From contig CM022667.1 in assembly GCA_012295275.1 (NCBI GenBank), positions 8,680,001 through 8,744,000 of the forward strand: DNA of 64,000 nucleotides, in the 5' to 3' direction. This stretch comes from Chrysomallon squamiferum. Its lineage: Eukaryota > Animalia > Mollusca. This document shows, one piece after another, positions 10,956-24,935 of this stretch; the stretch's first letter is position 1; every line of letters starts with the position of its first letter. A model generated the notes under the pieces. That model was given only the letters and a program-made list of their open reading frames with translations. It searched no databases and had not been told where the DNA came from. A program made the position numbers and the translations under genes.

Positions 10956-13563
10956 TAGTCAATTAATGTTGCAGTAATTAAAGAAAGCAGTTGGAACGTG
11001 CAAGTGTGTTTCAGAGAAAATACAATAATAAAAATAATAAATATATATGATTAGATATGATTTAATGGTCTCAGCAATTGTCATTAAGACTCTTCAAAAT
11101 TATCAAACTTCTTATGTACAAGGTTGATAGCATAAATCCCACAAATCATAATAAATACACTTTGTTATGGTTTGTTTGAAAGTTATTTTATGAGGAAATG
11201 TTTATTTAATTGGCAAAAGTTAGTATTATTCGTTAGGAGAATGTAATATGAATTTTGTAATGTTGGTATGCCAGTATATTAGGAGATAATTTCAGAGAAG
11301 AACATGAAAGAAGTTTCTCTTGATTGCCTGTTCCTATTATGAAGAAAGATGACTAGGGATTTATGCATGAATAATAAAACGTAATTAAAAAAAAAAGAAA
11401 AAAAAGTAAGACCACAACATTTATAAAATGTTAATATCTAGACATGTTTTAAATAACATCGACAAAAATGTTAAAAATAATAGAATTTGTTATTTAATTT
11501 TTAACCTGCATGAAAATATTTTATATCAATCCAAAATATCTACATAAGCTGAGTCATCAGGAATCTCGCTAAGATTAATGTATACCAGTATACCAAATGT
11601 AACGGACATAACAGTTGTTGTAGTTCGTGCATGTGTGTGTTTCTGTGTAAATGCTGTTTTATATATATATATATATATTTATTTATTTATTTTATTTACC
11701 TTCAAATCTTAACAGTCTGACTACACGGAAACGTAGAGATAAAGCGTAAGTTATGAAAGGTACAGGATCAATCTCCGACAATGCGATTATTTTTGTGTTT
11801 TTCCGTTCCACCCTAGGCTGCGCTCCGGATACATCAAGGGACGGATCTATTATAAAACTAATGAAACTGAAACTTCAGGGCCGTAGAAGCGACCTCTATC
11901 TACATTTCTTCAAAATTTTAATCAAAATCTGAGATGTGACTAATTTTTTAAAACCTTTCATGGAACATTGCCATAGAAGAAGATAAGAGTAGTTATTCAG
12001 TCCTTGTTACTGCTTGCGTAGGGTCCCAAAAATGTAGGGTTGTCACTACTCACAGCCGTTTGTACGTTTCTGATTGAGTAAAGCATAAGCAAATGTATTT
12101 TAATAATTATTAAAAGTGGCCAGATAGGAAATTATAGAGAACTTCTATCTACATCGTGATAGTTAAAAATATTAAGGTATTCCATACGTGATAAGTGATT
12201 ATAAATTTAATTGTAGACGATGGTAAATATCCCAAATTCATTTTGTATACTTCAGAGTCTGTAATAACTGTTTTTTTTTTTTTTTTTTTTTTAATGTTAC
12301 ACATCAAATAATCTTAATACTTGAATAATTTTGAATAATTCCATGTTGTTACATTTAATGATCGTTCTTTAATAATAATAAAGTTTGACAATAAAATAAG
12401 AAACTTGTGAAAACACATTTTAAGTGATATTTAATGTAATATATCATTTCTTGTTTAACAGTGTCAAACGGAAAATCGTTTTCCTATACATCGATAAATG
12501 TTTGGTACACAACAACAAAAACAACAGCAGCAACAACAACAACAACAATAATAATAATAACAAATAAATAAATAAATAAATAAATAATTTCTTCATCATT
12601 TCACCACACTGATCATGATTTCTGCCAAACCGACAAATCTTCGGTCAGTATTTTCATTTATTAACAAACGGTAATTTGTTATTACTTTAATCTCGATCAA
12701 ACGAAATGTCAGCTGCCTATAAACTCCGTGAATTATGGTCTCCATAATTTCAGATAATAGCAGACGACATATAGCGGTCGTACATTACTGGCGATATTCT
12801 GAGCCGAACAGCAAATCAAAACTGATGAAAGGTGTGCGTGCGTTCGTGCGTGCGTGCGTGTCGAGCCGGCGCGCGTTCTTCAATCGCCTCGTGAAATATG
12901 ACCGGAAGTATCAGTTTCATAGAGCAGAACTGATTATGATGGATTCAGGAAAATGATCACAGTTAAACAATTTATCACAACCAGAACGATCGATATGATT
13001 AGAGGCCACATATTTGTTTCTTTTGTGCCTGCTGCTGAATTGGTGTCAAGCTAGTGCCAGTGTGTGAAGGAACGAACCATATCAAACACCTCGATATTTT
13101 TTTAATATTTAAGATTATTAGGTGTCCCTCTCACGATATATATAGACTGACAGACAGACAGACAGACAGATATATATAATCATGACACGAGGGATGAAAA
13201 TTATGGATTACTATTACCGATTAAATGCATCTTAACACAGACACTGAAAAAAAAAAAAAAAAACACGAGTCGTAAATCATTAGCTGAAGCACATGCATCA
13301 TAACAGACGTCAGTTACATATTAACTCATCTGTTTCTTCCTTTCTTTCTGTCCCTCCCATTTCTCCTCTGTGTCAGTCGTCATTATCTTGCCTTTCCATC
13401 TCTTTCTCTAATTGAAACGTTTTATTCGATGAAGCGATTTGGAATTCACTGAATTAATCATTCTTATTGGTATAAATAACTACATCAGAAACAGTAAACA
13501 AAAGTATTTAAAAAGAATGTAATTATTATTATTATTATTATTATTAAATTTCTTCTTCTTCTT

Positions 13564-13632
<69 letters not shown>

Positions 13633-14063
13633 TAATTATTATTATTATTATTAAATTTCTTCTTCTTCTTATTATTATACGATATAAATGTTCTTATTAA
13701 TTTTAAACACAGAAATGGTGCTAACAGTATTTCACCCGACAAGATAACAACATAAATTTACTGAATTACTGTCACCGATATTTTGCAACACTAAAAAGTA
13801 TTTTATTTTGAGCACACATTATTTTATTCGGTGACACGAACATTACAGGCAATTACTAAACCTGTCAGATTTTTCAAGATATATTTTTTTCTTCTCCAAG
13901 TACGCAGTGTAAATAGATGTCTCTTGTTCTTACGTTCTCCTTTGGCCGTTACGTGTAACTTGAAATAGGATTTTAAATGTAGGCTAAGGTATTTGTTAGA
14001 TTAAGTGGTCTGAGAAGCCACTAGCTAATTGTCCAGATATCGATTGATTTTGATAAACGACAG

Positions 14064-14100
<37 letters not shown>

Positions 14101-15705
14101 CTAGAGATCTTCGATGAAGTATTGGCCAATAATAGAGAGATAAAAATCGCCTTAGGTCAAGCCTCCGGACAGCCGGACCAACGGACAATGTAGGTTAAAA
14201 CGGGAATAAGATGATCGGTCTTGTCAGATCTCGACGACTCAGTCTGCAATGAGTAATTTTTTGCTACAGTATAAATTGCTATCAGGTTTCAGGGATAACG
14301 ATTCACTGGGAGAATCTGTCAGGATGATGAAGTAAATGTCATACAACAAGAAAGTAGATCATTAGAAAGATTTAAAATGTCTGCACATTTTCTTTGCTGT
14401 CAGATTTAAGCAGTAAGCAATTAATATTGTCTGAGATTAAGAAGAGCCTGATAAAGCCGGGCAGAAACTGATACTGGGGAAGTAACGTTGTAGACGTTTT
14501 CATTCAGCGGCTCATCACTTGTATGAAATCGATATGCCGTATCTGTGTTTGGATGATATATATGGGTCTGTTTTATAGGTATACACAGAGTGTTCATATG
14601 TGTTTGTGTGCATTGTGTGTGTGCGTGTGCGCACGTGTATGTTTAACATACAATTAAATATTTTAATTTTTTGTTTTAATAAATATCACTATCTATATTT
14701 CTTTTTTTTCTTTTTCTTTCTTTCTTTCTTCCTCTCTCTCTTTCTCTCTAATTTTTTTTTTTTTTCTCTCTTCTGTCTATCTCTTTCTGTATGTGCTTGT
14801 TAGTTTTCACATCAGGGAGAGAATTTCTGAAACCTCGGATTCTAAAACGAGATTCAATAAAGCTGAACCAGAATCCGTGCACAATTCCATTTTCTTTAAT
14901 ACGAGTTACAGATCACGTGACTGAACTCAACGACAGAACTCTTACACACGTCGCCTTCTTCTTGTGAACAACTGACCCACTTTGAACTGGCACCATTTTA
15001 AAAATTTAATTACAAATATGAAAAAGAAAAAAAAAAGAAAAAAAATTTAGAAAAGAACGTAAAAGAAGAAAAGAAAAAGAAGAAATCCTTAACTTCCATT
15101 TCACCTTTGAAGCCGCATAAAGTTAGCCAAAGATTACTTTGGTGAAACCTGTGCTTCGAGTTATCGAGTTTCCAGTTATTCTGTAGAATTTGTGAAACAG
15201 CTTGAGGGTGTGCTGGACTGGAAGACGCCCTACGTGACCTGACCAACGCGAAGCCTGTAGACGTGTGTTGGTTAGAGTGTAGACGCAATTAAACTGGCTG
15301 AGATGAAAATGACTGCAGGCACTGTGCGGCCATCTTGGAATCCTGACCAAACTGGAGCACGACGTATTTACGGAAGGTCGGTCGTTTTTTCATTTATAAC
15401 CTCCAGTCTCACTTCTAGTTGGATTTTGTTTCATTGTGGAAAAAATTTCTCTCTCAAAGAAATGTAATTATGCGGCCAGATGATATCATATTTCCAGCCG
15501 TGCCAAAACATTCATTATCCAAATCGTTTTGTCAGGAAATTTTTATTAGAATCATTATTAGATGCTGTCTGAGACTTTCTTAAAACTTGTTCCTTCTCTT
15601 AAATAGCGAGCTGTATCAAAAAATCAAAACAATAAAATAATAATAATAACAACAACAGAGAAACAGTACATATATTCTCTCAGTGTTTCAGAATAATGGT
15701 AGTAT

Positions 15706-16128
15706 AGACATACATAGATCACACATATACTTGTTACAACTGATCACACATATGTATACTTGTTACAAGTGATCACACTTACAAAGGCTTGTTACAACTG
15801 ATCACACATATACTTGTTACAACTGATCACACATATGTATACTTGTTACAAGTGATCACACTTACACAGGCTTGTTACAACTGATCACACATACAAAGAC
15901 TTGCTACAGCTGATCACACATATATAGACTTGTTACAACTGATCACACATATATAGACTTGTTACAACTGATCACACATACGTAGACTTGTTACAACTGA
16001 TCACACATACATAGACTTGTTACAACTGATCACACTTAGACTTGTTACTACTTATCAAATATACACAGATTTGTTACAACTGATCACATACAAAGACTTT
16101 TACAACTTATCACAATTACATAGACTTG
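15706..16128. repeat. Minisatellite, ~24-30 bp unit (CTTGTTACAACTGATCACACATA + short variable linker), about 14 copies
   Basis: Directly visible tandem copies, including a higher-order ~84 bp duplication at the start. Confidence 0.92.
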
Positions 16129-16775
16129 GTTGTTTTTTTTTTATACTATTAGTTATATGTAATTAGTTAACTAAGTAATACCCACACACGCACGTGCACT
16201 CATACACACATGTATGTCAGGTATTATAATATTATAATTATGAGTAACAGCAGTACTATTTCTAATAATTATAATAGTAGCGATTGTAGTGAAAATATTA
16301 ACAGTTTATATAGGTCACATTAGTAGTAATAGAAGTGATATTAGCAGCTGAAATAGCTGTAGCCAATGTAGCTGTGGTAGTGGTAGTAGTATCTTTTTAA
16401 TGAAAAAGAATACACAAAACAAAACAAAAACAAAACAAACAAACAAACGTGAATTACCATTTTTATTTTTTGGTATATGTGTTTACGTAAATGTTGCTGT
16501 TATTCTTATTTCTCAAACATTATTCCGACTGGTAAATTAATTATTTCTTAATTGTGGAATAGACTGGGTATAATTGCCATCCAGATATACCCTGGAGATC
16601 TCACTAAAACCATTTCACTTTTATCTCAGTTCTATTCCACTGAGACCAATTTTTTGTTTGTTCAGATGTAACTGACTTCATCCTTAACAATTTTGTAGTG
16701 AGCTAATAAATAATAAAAATGTTGCTTTAATGATATCTGAAAAGAGATTTTAATTAGTTGCTGTTTACTAAAAAC

Positions 16776-16848
<73 letters not shown>

Positions 16849-17660
16849 TAAAATAAAATAAAATAAACAAAACTCCGTCCTTGTTTGATAGGATTAATGA
16901 AATAATTCACTCAAACTAACTTATCTATTGAAATATATTAGGTATCAAAACAAAAACTTTTTTTATTAAATAAAAAAAAATTTTATTTTATTTTATTTTA
17001 TTTATTATTTTGCGGTCTTATTTTGTAAAACATTTGTTTATTGATTATTCATACTTATTTTTATTATTTAATTTACTTATTTAAAAATATTTATTTATAT
17101 ATTTATTTATTTACTGAAGCAAAAATCTATATTATTAATAACACAGTAATTATGATTGGTTCACTCAGTTTATTATCGCTTATTTTTAACACGTTTCAAT
17201 GACGTCACACCATTGTGTGTAAACTGTTCATTGTCAAATTACGTCATATGTTGAACTCCGGGCTGAGCAGTGTGTGTGTGTGTTTTTTGTACCTTCCACT
17301 CTGGAAATATTAAGAAATGTCCAGTTTGTATCTCAATGAATTCTTATTTTTCAAACATTTCTGAAACGTCAATGGTGTGTTTCTTACATTAACGGATAAA
17401 TAAACTGAAACATTCTTTTGTGAGAAGTGGATATAACAAAGAACACGCTTGTAAGTACGTTTTTGTGAAGACAATTATTTTGCCGCTATCCATAGCATCT
17501 ATTGCCATTTTTTTCTTCTTTAAAAATCAAGATTTCCTTTTGTACATAATTTATTTATTTTTCCCAAATACTAAAAATAATTTGATTATATAAAATATTA
17601 TACCAATGTATAGAGACACTGTTTCAAACTTGCCATTTGAAAAAATGTATTATTATTATA

Positions 17661-17691
<31 letters not shown>

Positions 17692-18564
17692 TTTATTTTT
17701 TTTCTTTATTTATTAATATTTTTTTTAACTAGTACTACTATTATGATTGTAGTTGTTATTGTTATTGGCTTACCTAAGGTATGGCACGTATGGCGCAGAT
17801 CGAACGAGATCGCAACTGAGCACCTTCTGTTTAACTGGACTGTATTTTCTTAGCTGATTTTGTGGTAACGTTATCTAAAAGATGGGTGTAAGATGTTTGG
17901 TTAGGGGCGCAATTTCACTGTTTACCACGGACTCTGTTTTGCTTAGATTCGCCTCTGATAAATGTTGTTGTTGCTATTGAAATTATTATTATATGATATG
18001 ATACACAGATCCATGTATCTATGGGTATTTGTTTATATGTATGTACGTTATGTAACTGTGTGCGCGCGCACATTTGTTTCTGAATGTCTCCTTGGGTGTG
18101 TATATTTGTTCTATTCTGTTTTAATTTCTAATTTTTGTTTCGTTTCTTTCTTTTTAAATTATAAAATCGTTTTTATTTTCTTGTTTAGTTTATATCGTTT
18201 CCTGGAACGTTTTATTATTATTATTATTTTTTTTAAATGCCAAACTCCATTTTCATAGCTCTTTCTTTTTTCATCTCTTATACGGACAGACAAAAATATT
18301 CATCGGTTTCAGGTGAAGTTGACATTTAGTATCTTTTGGCAGTAAAAAGAAAAGTTGACATTTAAACACAGGTTGTTAATGCGCCAAGTGCAGAGTAGAC
18401 CCCGATCTGCAGACGACACCAGTTGGAGCAGGCGACAAGTCGAAACAAATGAAATTGATTTATTTTCTGTTGCAATGGTAACAGCGCTCACAATAGTCAT
18501 CGTCTTGTCGTGATTGAGTTAATAACGAAAACTCAGCAAATGAAACTTCCCCCAGGCTCTTCGA

Positions 18565-18869
18565 ACTGTGTCGTAATATATATTTAAGAAAATGTCACAA
18601 TTTCGGCAGAATGCAGTTTTAATCTTTCTTCTGTTATCATTATTTTATTTTATTTTATTTTATTTTATTTTATTTTATTTATTAATAATATTACTAATTC
18701 TTAATTTTTAAAATATGTAAATAATATTTACTATATAATAAAACAGTCATAATAACTACAAACAACAACAACAACAATAACAACAAGAACAATAAATAAT
18801 AATAATAATAATAATAACGACAACAACAACAAAAATGCAGCTAATATTAAATAAAGGAAACCAAAGGAT

Positions 18870-18956
<87 letters not shown>

Positions 18957-19640
18957 ATGTTTACGAGTGAAAACAACTCACTAATTAACAAAATTCGATT
19001 TCACTTAAATGTGGTTATAACTCCGGTTGCACTGTAAACATTACAAATTTAATACTAGTATCTCTCTTAGTCAATTTAAAACTTGATTAAATAAATGCAG
19101 AAATAATGGAAAGAAATTTAAAAAATAAAAATCTAATTAAGTTCAGCCTTGGAACAAATTTTACACAATTATCTTTGAAGGATTAATAATAAAATGCAAA
19201 TTAATAATTATACTAACAATAGTGATTTAAAAAAAAATAAGATTATAAAACTGATTTTGAAATCACATAAACTGAAACTAAACAAAACAAGAAAAAGAAA
19301 AAAAAACAAGAAAAAAGAAAAGAAAGAAATGAAAAAGGTAAATGGAAGAAAAAAGAAAAAAAGAAAGAAATGAAAAGGAAAAAGGCAGGAAAAATGGAAG
19401 AAAATGAAAAAGGCAAAGGTAACGACATTATAAAAATTAATGAACTGGTGATATGCAATTGTTCAGTGAGAAACAGTCTATTTCTTTCCAAACTTTCAAT
19501 TTTCAATACATTTAGTTCACAAATTAATGTGTTTGTGTGAAAGAATCAACTCGCTAACAGAATTGTTATTTTTTATTTATTTATTTATTTATTTTTGTTT
19601 GTTTGTTTCCTCGTTTATTCATATTGATTTTTGATTTATT
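18565..19640 (+). repeat. Left arm of a diverged ~1 kb inverted repeat (contains (TC)n 18872-18953)
   Basis: Reverse-complement matches to 22885-23770, e.g. AATGTGGTTATAACTCCGGTTGCACTGTAAACATTACAA vs TTGTAATGTGTACAGTGCAACCCGAGTTATAACCACATT, and ACAAATTAATGTGTTTGTGTGAAAGAA vs TTCTTTCACACAAACACATTAATTTGT. Ends approximate. Confidence 0.85.
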
Positions 19641-20016
19641 TATTTTAATCATAAATACTGTATAATAATTTTGTTTAACTTTATAGATATGAAAAGACGG
19701 CCAGATATAATAATATTATGTTATCAACGATACTTGGACATAACTACGATAATGTTATTTTCTGAACACTGAACATCATAAAAAAGACAGCTCAACAGAT
19801 AATTTTAAAGGAAAGAAAAGAACGGGAAGTGAAAAATAAAGTATATAAAAAAAATAATAACAATAATTACATGAAGACTTCAACTTATCAATCCAGTATA
19901 CCATTAGCGTTTTCCAAGTAAAGACAAAAAAAAAAAAAAAAAAAAGAAAAACAACAACAAAAAAAAAAAAAAAAAACAAAAAAACCCCAAAAAATACAAA
20001 TAAATAAAAAGCCTTG

Positions 20017-20057
<41 letters not shown>

Positions 20058-20064
20058 GAAGAAG

Positions 20065-20096
<32 letters not shown>

Positions 20097-22161
20097 GAAG
20101 AAGAAAATCCCGTGACAGTCTTTATGTATGGCTAATCCAGACACTTCTGTATAATGGTGTTATATTGTCTCATTGTTATCAAATTTGGCGATAATGCTGA
20201 ACTAATGTCGTTGACGCTGTGGTAGTGATTCGGTGACTCCCTGTTGCCGTTGGCAGATATGTAGAAGAGCCGCTAAAAATTATATTTCTACCAATAGTCT
20301 GTTGTTAATAAAGATGATATGTTAACACAGTCAATGACGTTACGTCATTTCTTTGTCTGTTGACATAGTAACTGTTATTCCATTTAGTAAAAGACATTAA
20401 CACCATTAAGACATACACTCATACACGCAAACACATATTAGCACACACAACCGTACCCTTACAACACTAATTTACAATTTACAACAATAATTAGCTTTGT
20501 CTCCATGTTAACAACGGTGATGTCGTAATTTTCACAGACATAAATTCCATGATAACATTACGACATCTGATTGTTGTCAACGGGGAGAGAGAGCTGAAAA
20601 TTGTTATCGCCAACGTTGTGGCAGTAGTCTGCTGTCTCTATTGTCCTTAGCGAAATACTAATTGAACAGCAGCTAAATTATATCTAACGACTAGTTAATT
20701 ATCAAGCCACCCAACTTAACACGCTTACACTTGTCATTGCCATTACGTCATATAACTGTCGAGATGGTAACGGTTATTTGGAATACTGTTAGTGGTATTC
20801 ATTATGGATATATACGTATATGTATGTATGTATACGACTGTAAATACACGTATTCACGGAAGTGTTCTAATATACGCTTACGACATATGATGTCACTGAG
20901 AACAGTAATAGTAGGGAGTTAAACAGAACAGCACCAGAAAACCAATCAAACAATCGTTATCGGTACACTGGACAGCATTCTTTGTAAGTGATAGTTCTGA
21001 GTAACTTACAAATTTTAGTTAACAGGCTATTCATTCCCATGTAATCACCTCTCTGTCCGTCACTGTCGCAGTTTTCAGCAAACGCTTTCAGTTAACGAAC
21101 ATAGAGGGCGTGTTTAGCAATTCGAGGAAGTAATTCGTTTTATTTCCTAAATGTCGTCTGCTAACAATGCCAATATCCGTACATTCGATTCTCCGGTTCA
21201 GCGGCTGTGTTACTAGTACTCTCACTCCATTAGTATCTGTCAGTATGAGCTGACTTACTTACATGTACCCGTTTCTAGTGTCTTATTTTTATTTTTCTGA
21301 AATACGAGCAGTTTCGTCTAGGCTAAATGTGTGAAGGTAAGATTTAAATCAGTTTAAATTTCTTTATTATAAATTTATTCATAATTTTACTTTTTAAAAT
21401 TATCTTCTTTTTTTTTAATTATCATTATTATTTTTTTTTATTTTCTATATTTGTTATTCATATAATATGGTGTTTTTTTTGGGGGGGTATATATACGTAA
21501 GTATATATATATATATATCCATTTGTCCGTCTGTCTGTCTATATGTCTGCCTCTCATTGTGTATGTGTGTCCATTAAGATAATAATTTAAAAAAAAAAAA
21601 AGATGAAGAAGAAAAAGAAATTCAACAAATTAATTTAATGTCATCACATCGAATCTGATGTATCAGTAAATTAAAAAAAATAATAATAATACCTTTTGTC
21701 CTGCTGACAAAATTACAAAAAAAAAGAGAAAGACGAACACTAAAAAAAATCTAGTCGTTCTCATTTTAATCAAGAAATGGCCGGAAAGGTTGAGCATGCA
21801 ATGCGTTAAGATGGCGATTTCTGGGTTCAGGAATGTAGTTGATGCTTGCGAGGAAACAACAAAAACTACAATGGCTGGTTTTTCCGCGGGCTACAAACTC
21901 TTTTGATCTCGCCTCAATGGGCTTAACTGCAAAATGATGGAACGGAGCCAAGTAATCGATAAAGAATGATTACAGTTAAGAACAAAAAGCCAGCCAGTGC
22001 ACGTCTGAATTAATCTAGTTATTTTGTACCCCTTTGTCTTGTCGTAATGTTTTGTGTTTTCTCTGTTAATAACGTAGGCAAAGTTTAAATTTTTACGGCG
22101 AAAGATCAGAACTGAAAGAAAGAAAACAACTGATAAACAGACAGACTGAGAGAAAGAGAGG

Positions 22162-22213
<52 letters not shown>

Positions 22214-22640
22214 TACAGACAGACAGATACAAATAAATATATAAAGACAGTCAGATCGAGACAGATAAAATAGACAGCCAAACAGAAAGAAGGAAGGAAG
22301 GATGAATGAACTGATGAACTGATGGATAAGATAATCATCGACAAAACGAACTAAAAAAAAAAAAAAAATGATCGATAACCTGCTATAATTTATGAACAAA
22401 AAAATATATATATATACATTGCTACATTTATCCCTAACGTGTGTTTTTTGCTTTGATACATTCTCAGGAGTACAAAATCATATGCACTTGCTCACCTGAA
22501 AACAGATTACGTTAAATAACTTCAAAGAAAACCCGACATAAATGTTAGCAGGAGGGAAAATAATACCCAGACGATAAACAGGATTATTTATTAATAAATA
22601 TAATGATAATGATAGTGATAATAATAACGATAATGAAATT

Positions 22641-22718
22641 ATGATGATGATGATGATGATGATGTTAATGATAATTAAAATGATAATGAAACTGATAATA
22701 ATAATAATAATAATGATG

Positions 22719-22800
<82 letters not shown>
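22641..22800. repeat. (ATG)n/(AAT)n compound microsatellite
   Basis: Direct inspection; source of the spurious poly-M/poly-I ORF. Confidence 0.9.
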
Positions 22801-22801
<1 letters not shown>

Positions 22802-22884
22802 GTCTCTTTGTTCGAATTTAAAAAGAAATTGGAAATTGTAATGAAAGAAACTTATTACTTATTCAGTCCCCCACCCCACCCACT

Positions 22885-23434
22885 CACGAATAAGCCAAGA
22901 AATCAATAAGCAACAATTCTGTTAGCAATGTAATTTTCTTTCACACAAACACATTAATTTGTAAACTAAACGCATTGAAAACTGAAAGATGGGATAGAAA
23001 TAGTCTCTCTGCGTATCAGCGGTTCATTAATTTTTATAATGATGTTACCTTTGTCGTTTTTTTCTTTCTTTTTCCCTTTTATTCATTTCGTTGCTGCTTT
23101 TTTTTTTTTTTTTTTTTTTTTTTTTGTTCCATGTCTTGCATAATTTCAGTTTTTATGATTTCAGAATCAGCATTAAAATCTTAATTTTTTTTAAAATCAC
23201 TATTGTTAATATCATTTTGTTTTTAATTTTTCAAAAATAATTGTGTATAATTTGTTCCAAGGCTGAAATAGTATTTTTTTTTTTTCCCATTATTTATTTA
23301 TTTAGTTATTTATTCAAGTTTTAAACTGATTAAGAGATATATTAGTGTTAAAATTGTAATGTGTACAGTGCAACCCGAGTTATAACCACATTCGAGTTTT
23401 TGTTAATTAGGGAGTTGTTTTTACTCCAAACATT

Positions 23435-23528
<94 letters not shown>

Positions 23529-23770
23529 CTATACTATGGTTTCCTTCATTTAATAATAACTGCATTATCATAATTATTGTAGTTATTATTATTATTGTTG
23601 TTATGATTGTTTTATAATTTAATTTGTTACATATTTTTAAAATTAAAAATGAGTAACATTACTTAGTAAATAAATAAAATAAAATAAATAAAAATTAATT
23701 AACCTACAGCAGAAACTTTAATTTTAATGGTCAGTGAAATACATTTCTCCTAGTGATTTTCGAGCAGTTT
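22885..23770 (-). repeat. Right arm of the diverged ~1 kb inverted repeat (contains (AG)n 23436-23527)
   Basis: Colinear reverse-complement homology to 18565-19640, including the microsatellite and its flanks (GGTTTCCTTCATTTAATA vs TATTAAATAAAGGAAACC). Confidence 0.85.
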
Positions 23771-24061
23771 TTAGATTAAAGCTGACATGGAGATTATCGC
23801 GGAAACAGGGTGTTTCTAGTTAACTAGCTTGACAGATCACGTTTACCGAGATTATACGTCACAAACACGTGACCCTTCGCCCTGTAAGAAAAGCGCGGGA
23901 ATGTTATCTTGTCACGTAAAGATAACCCTTCTTGTAATATAACAACATTAAGATAACTTTTCAAAACCAAAATGATGCAATAATGTTTATTAATAAATGG
24001 ACAGCTGTGTATATTTTCGTGTTTGCGGATAACAAAATTATTGCTGATTTATTTATTAATA

Positions 24062-24092
<31 letters not shown>

Positions 24093-24103
24093 TATTATTA
24101 TTA

Positions 24104-24134
<31 letters not shown>

Positions 24135-24300
24135 TTTGGTGAGGGGTCTCCGTGATAGCTGTGTGAAAGACTGTGGAATGCACTTGTCACATTAAAATAC
24201 GCGTATAAAACATTCTTACAGTAAATCGATACGTCTTCATTGCTTTAGAATTAACTGTTTGACATTTAATAAGCTGAAATTAAAATCAGTTAATATCAGT

Positions 24301-24303
<3 letters not shown>

Positions 24304-24354
<51 letters not shown>

Positions 24355-24405
24355 CTGTTAAGATCATGTCTGACACAGCGACAGACATGCACATTAACAT
24401 TGATC

Positions 24406-24471
<66 letters not shown>
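24304..24471. repeat. (TC)n and (GA)n microsatellites in inverted orientation around a ~58 bp spacer
   Basis: (TC)n at 24304-24349 and (GA)n at 24408-24471. Confidence 0.9.
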
Positions 24472-24476
<5 letters not shown>

Positions 24477-24882
24477 TTTTTGCGCAGAAAATTGGAAGAC
24501 AGCACACGTGATCTGCTGATATAAATGAAAAGATGACAACTAATAGTTCCTGACGTTTTCGACAAGTCTATGAGAATTTAATGTGACTACTGTGTAGCTG
24601 AATCGCTGGAAAAAAACCCCAAGTAATTGTTAATTAGCGAATTTCTGGGCAACTCCATGTAAATATCGTGTAATATCAATGTCACGTGATCTGATTTCGT
24701 GGCTAACACGAAATTACGGTGACAGCGGAAAAACGTTAACTGAAAACCACTGATAAAATAATTAGGTTTTAAACTATCGATTCTGTGAAAATGAAAATTA
24801 TCTGTCATTTGATAAGCAATAGACGTTTGTTTTGTCAATAACAAATTTTAATTCTTTCTTCATTTATTTATTTATTTATTTA

Positions 24883-24935
<53 letters not shown>

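Noticed and set aside
15706-16128. CRISPR-like array (constant core with variable linkers)
   Set aside because: Linkers are only a few nucleotides and related to each other, no cas genes, eukaryotic context; an ordinary minisatellite.
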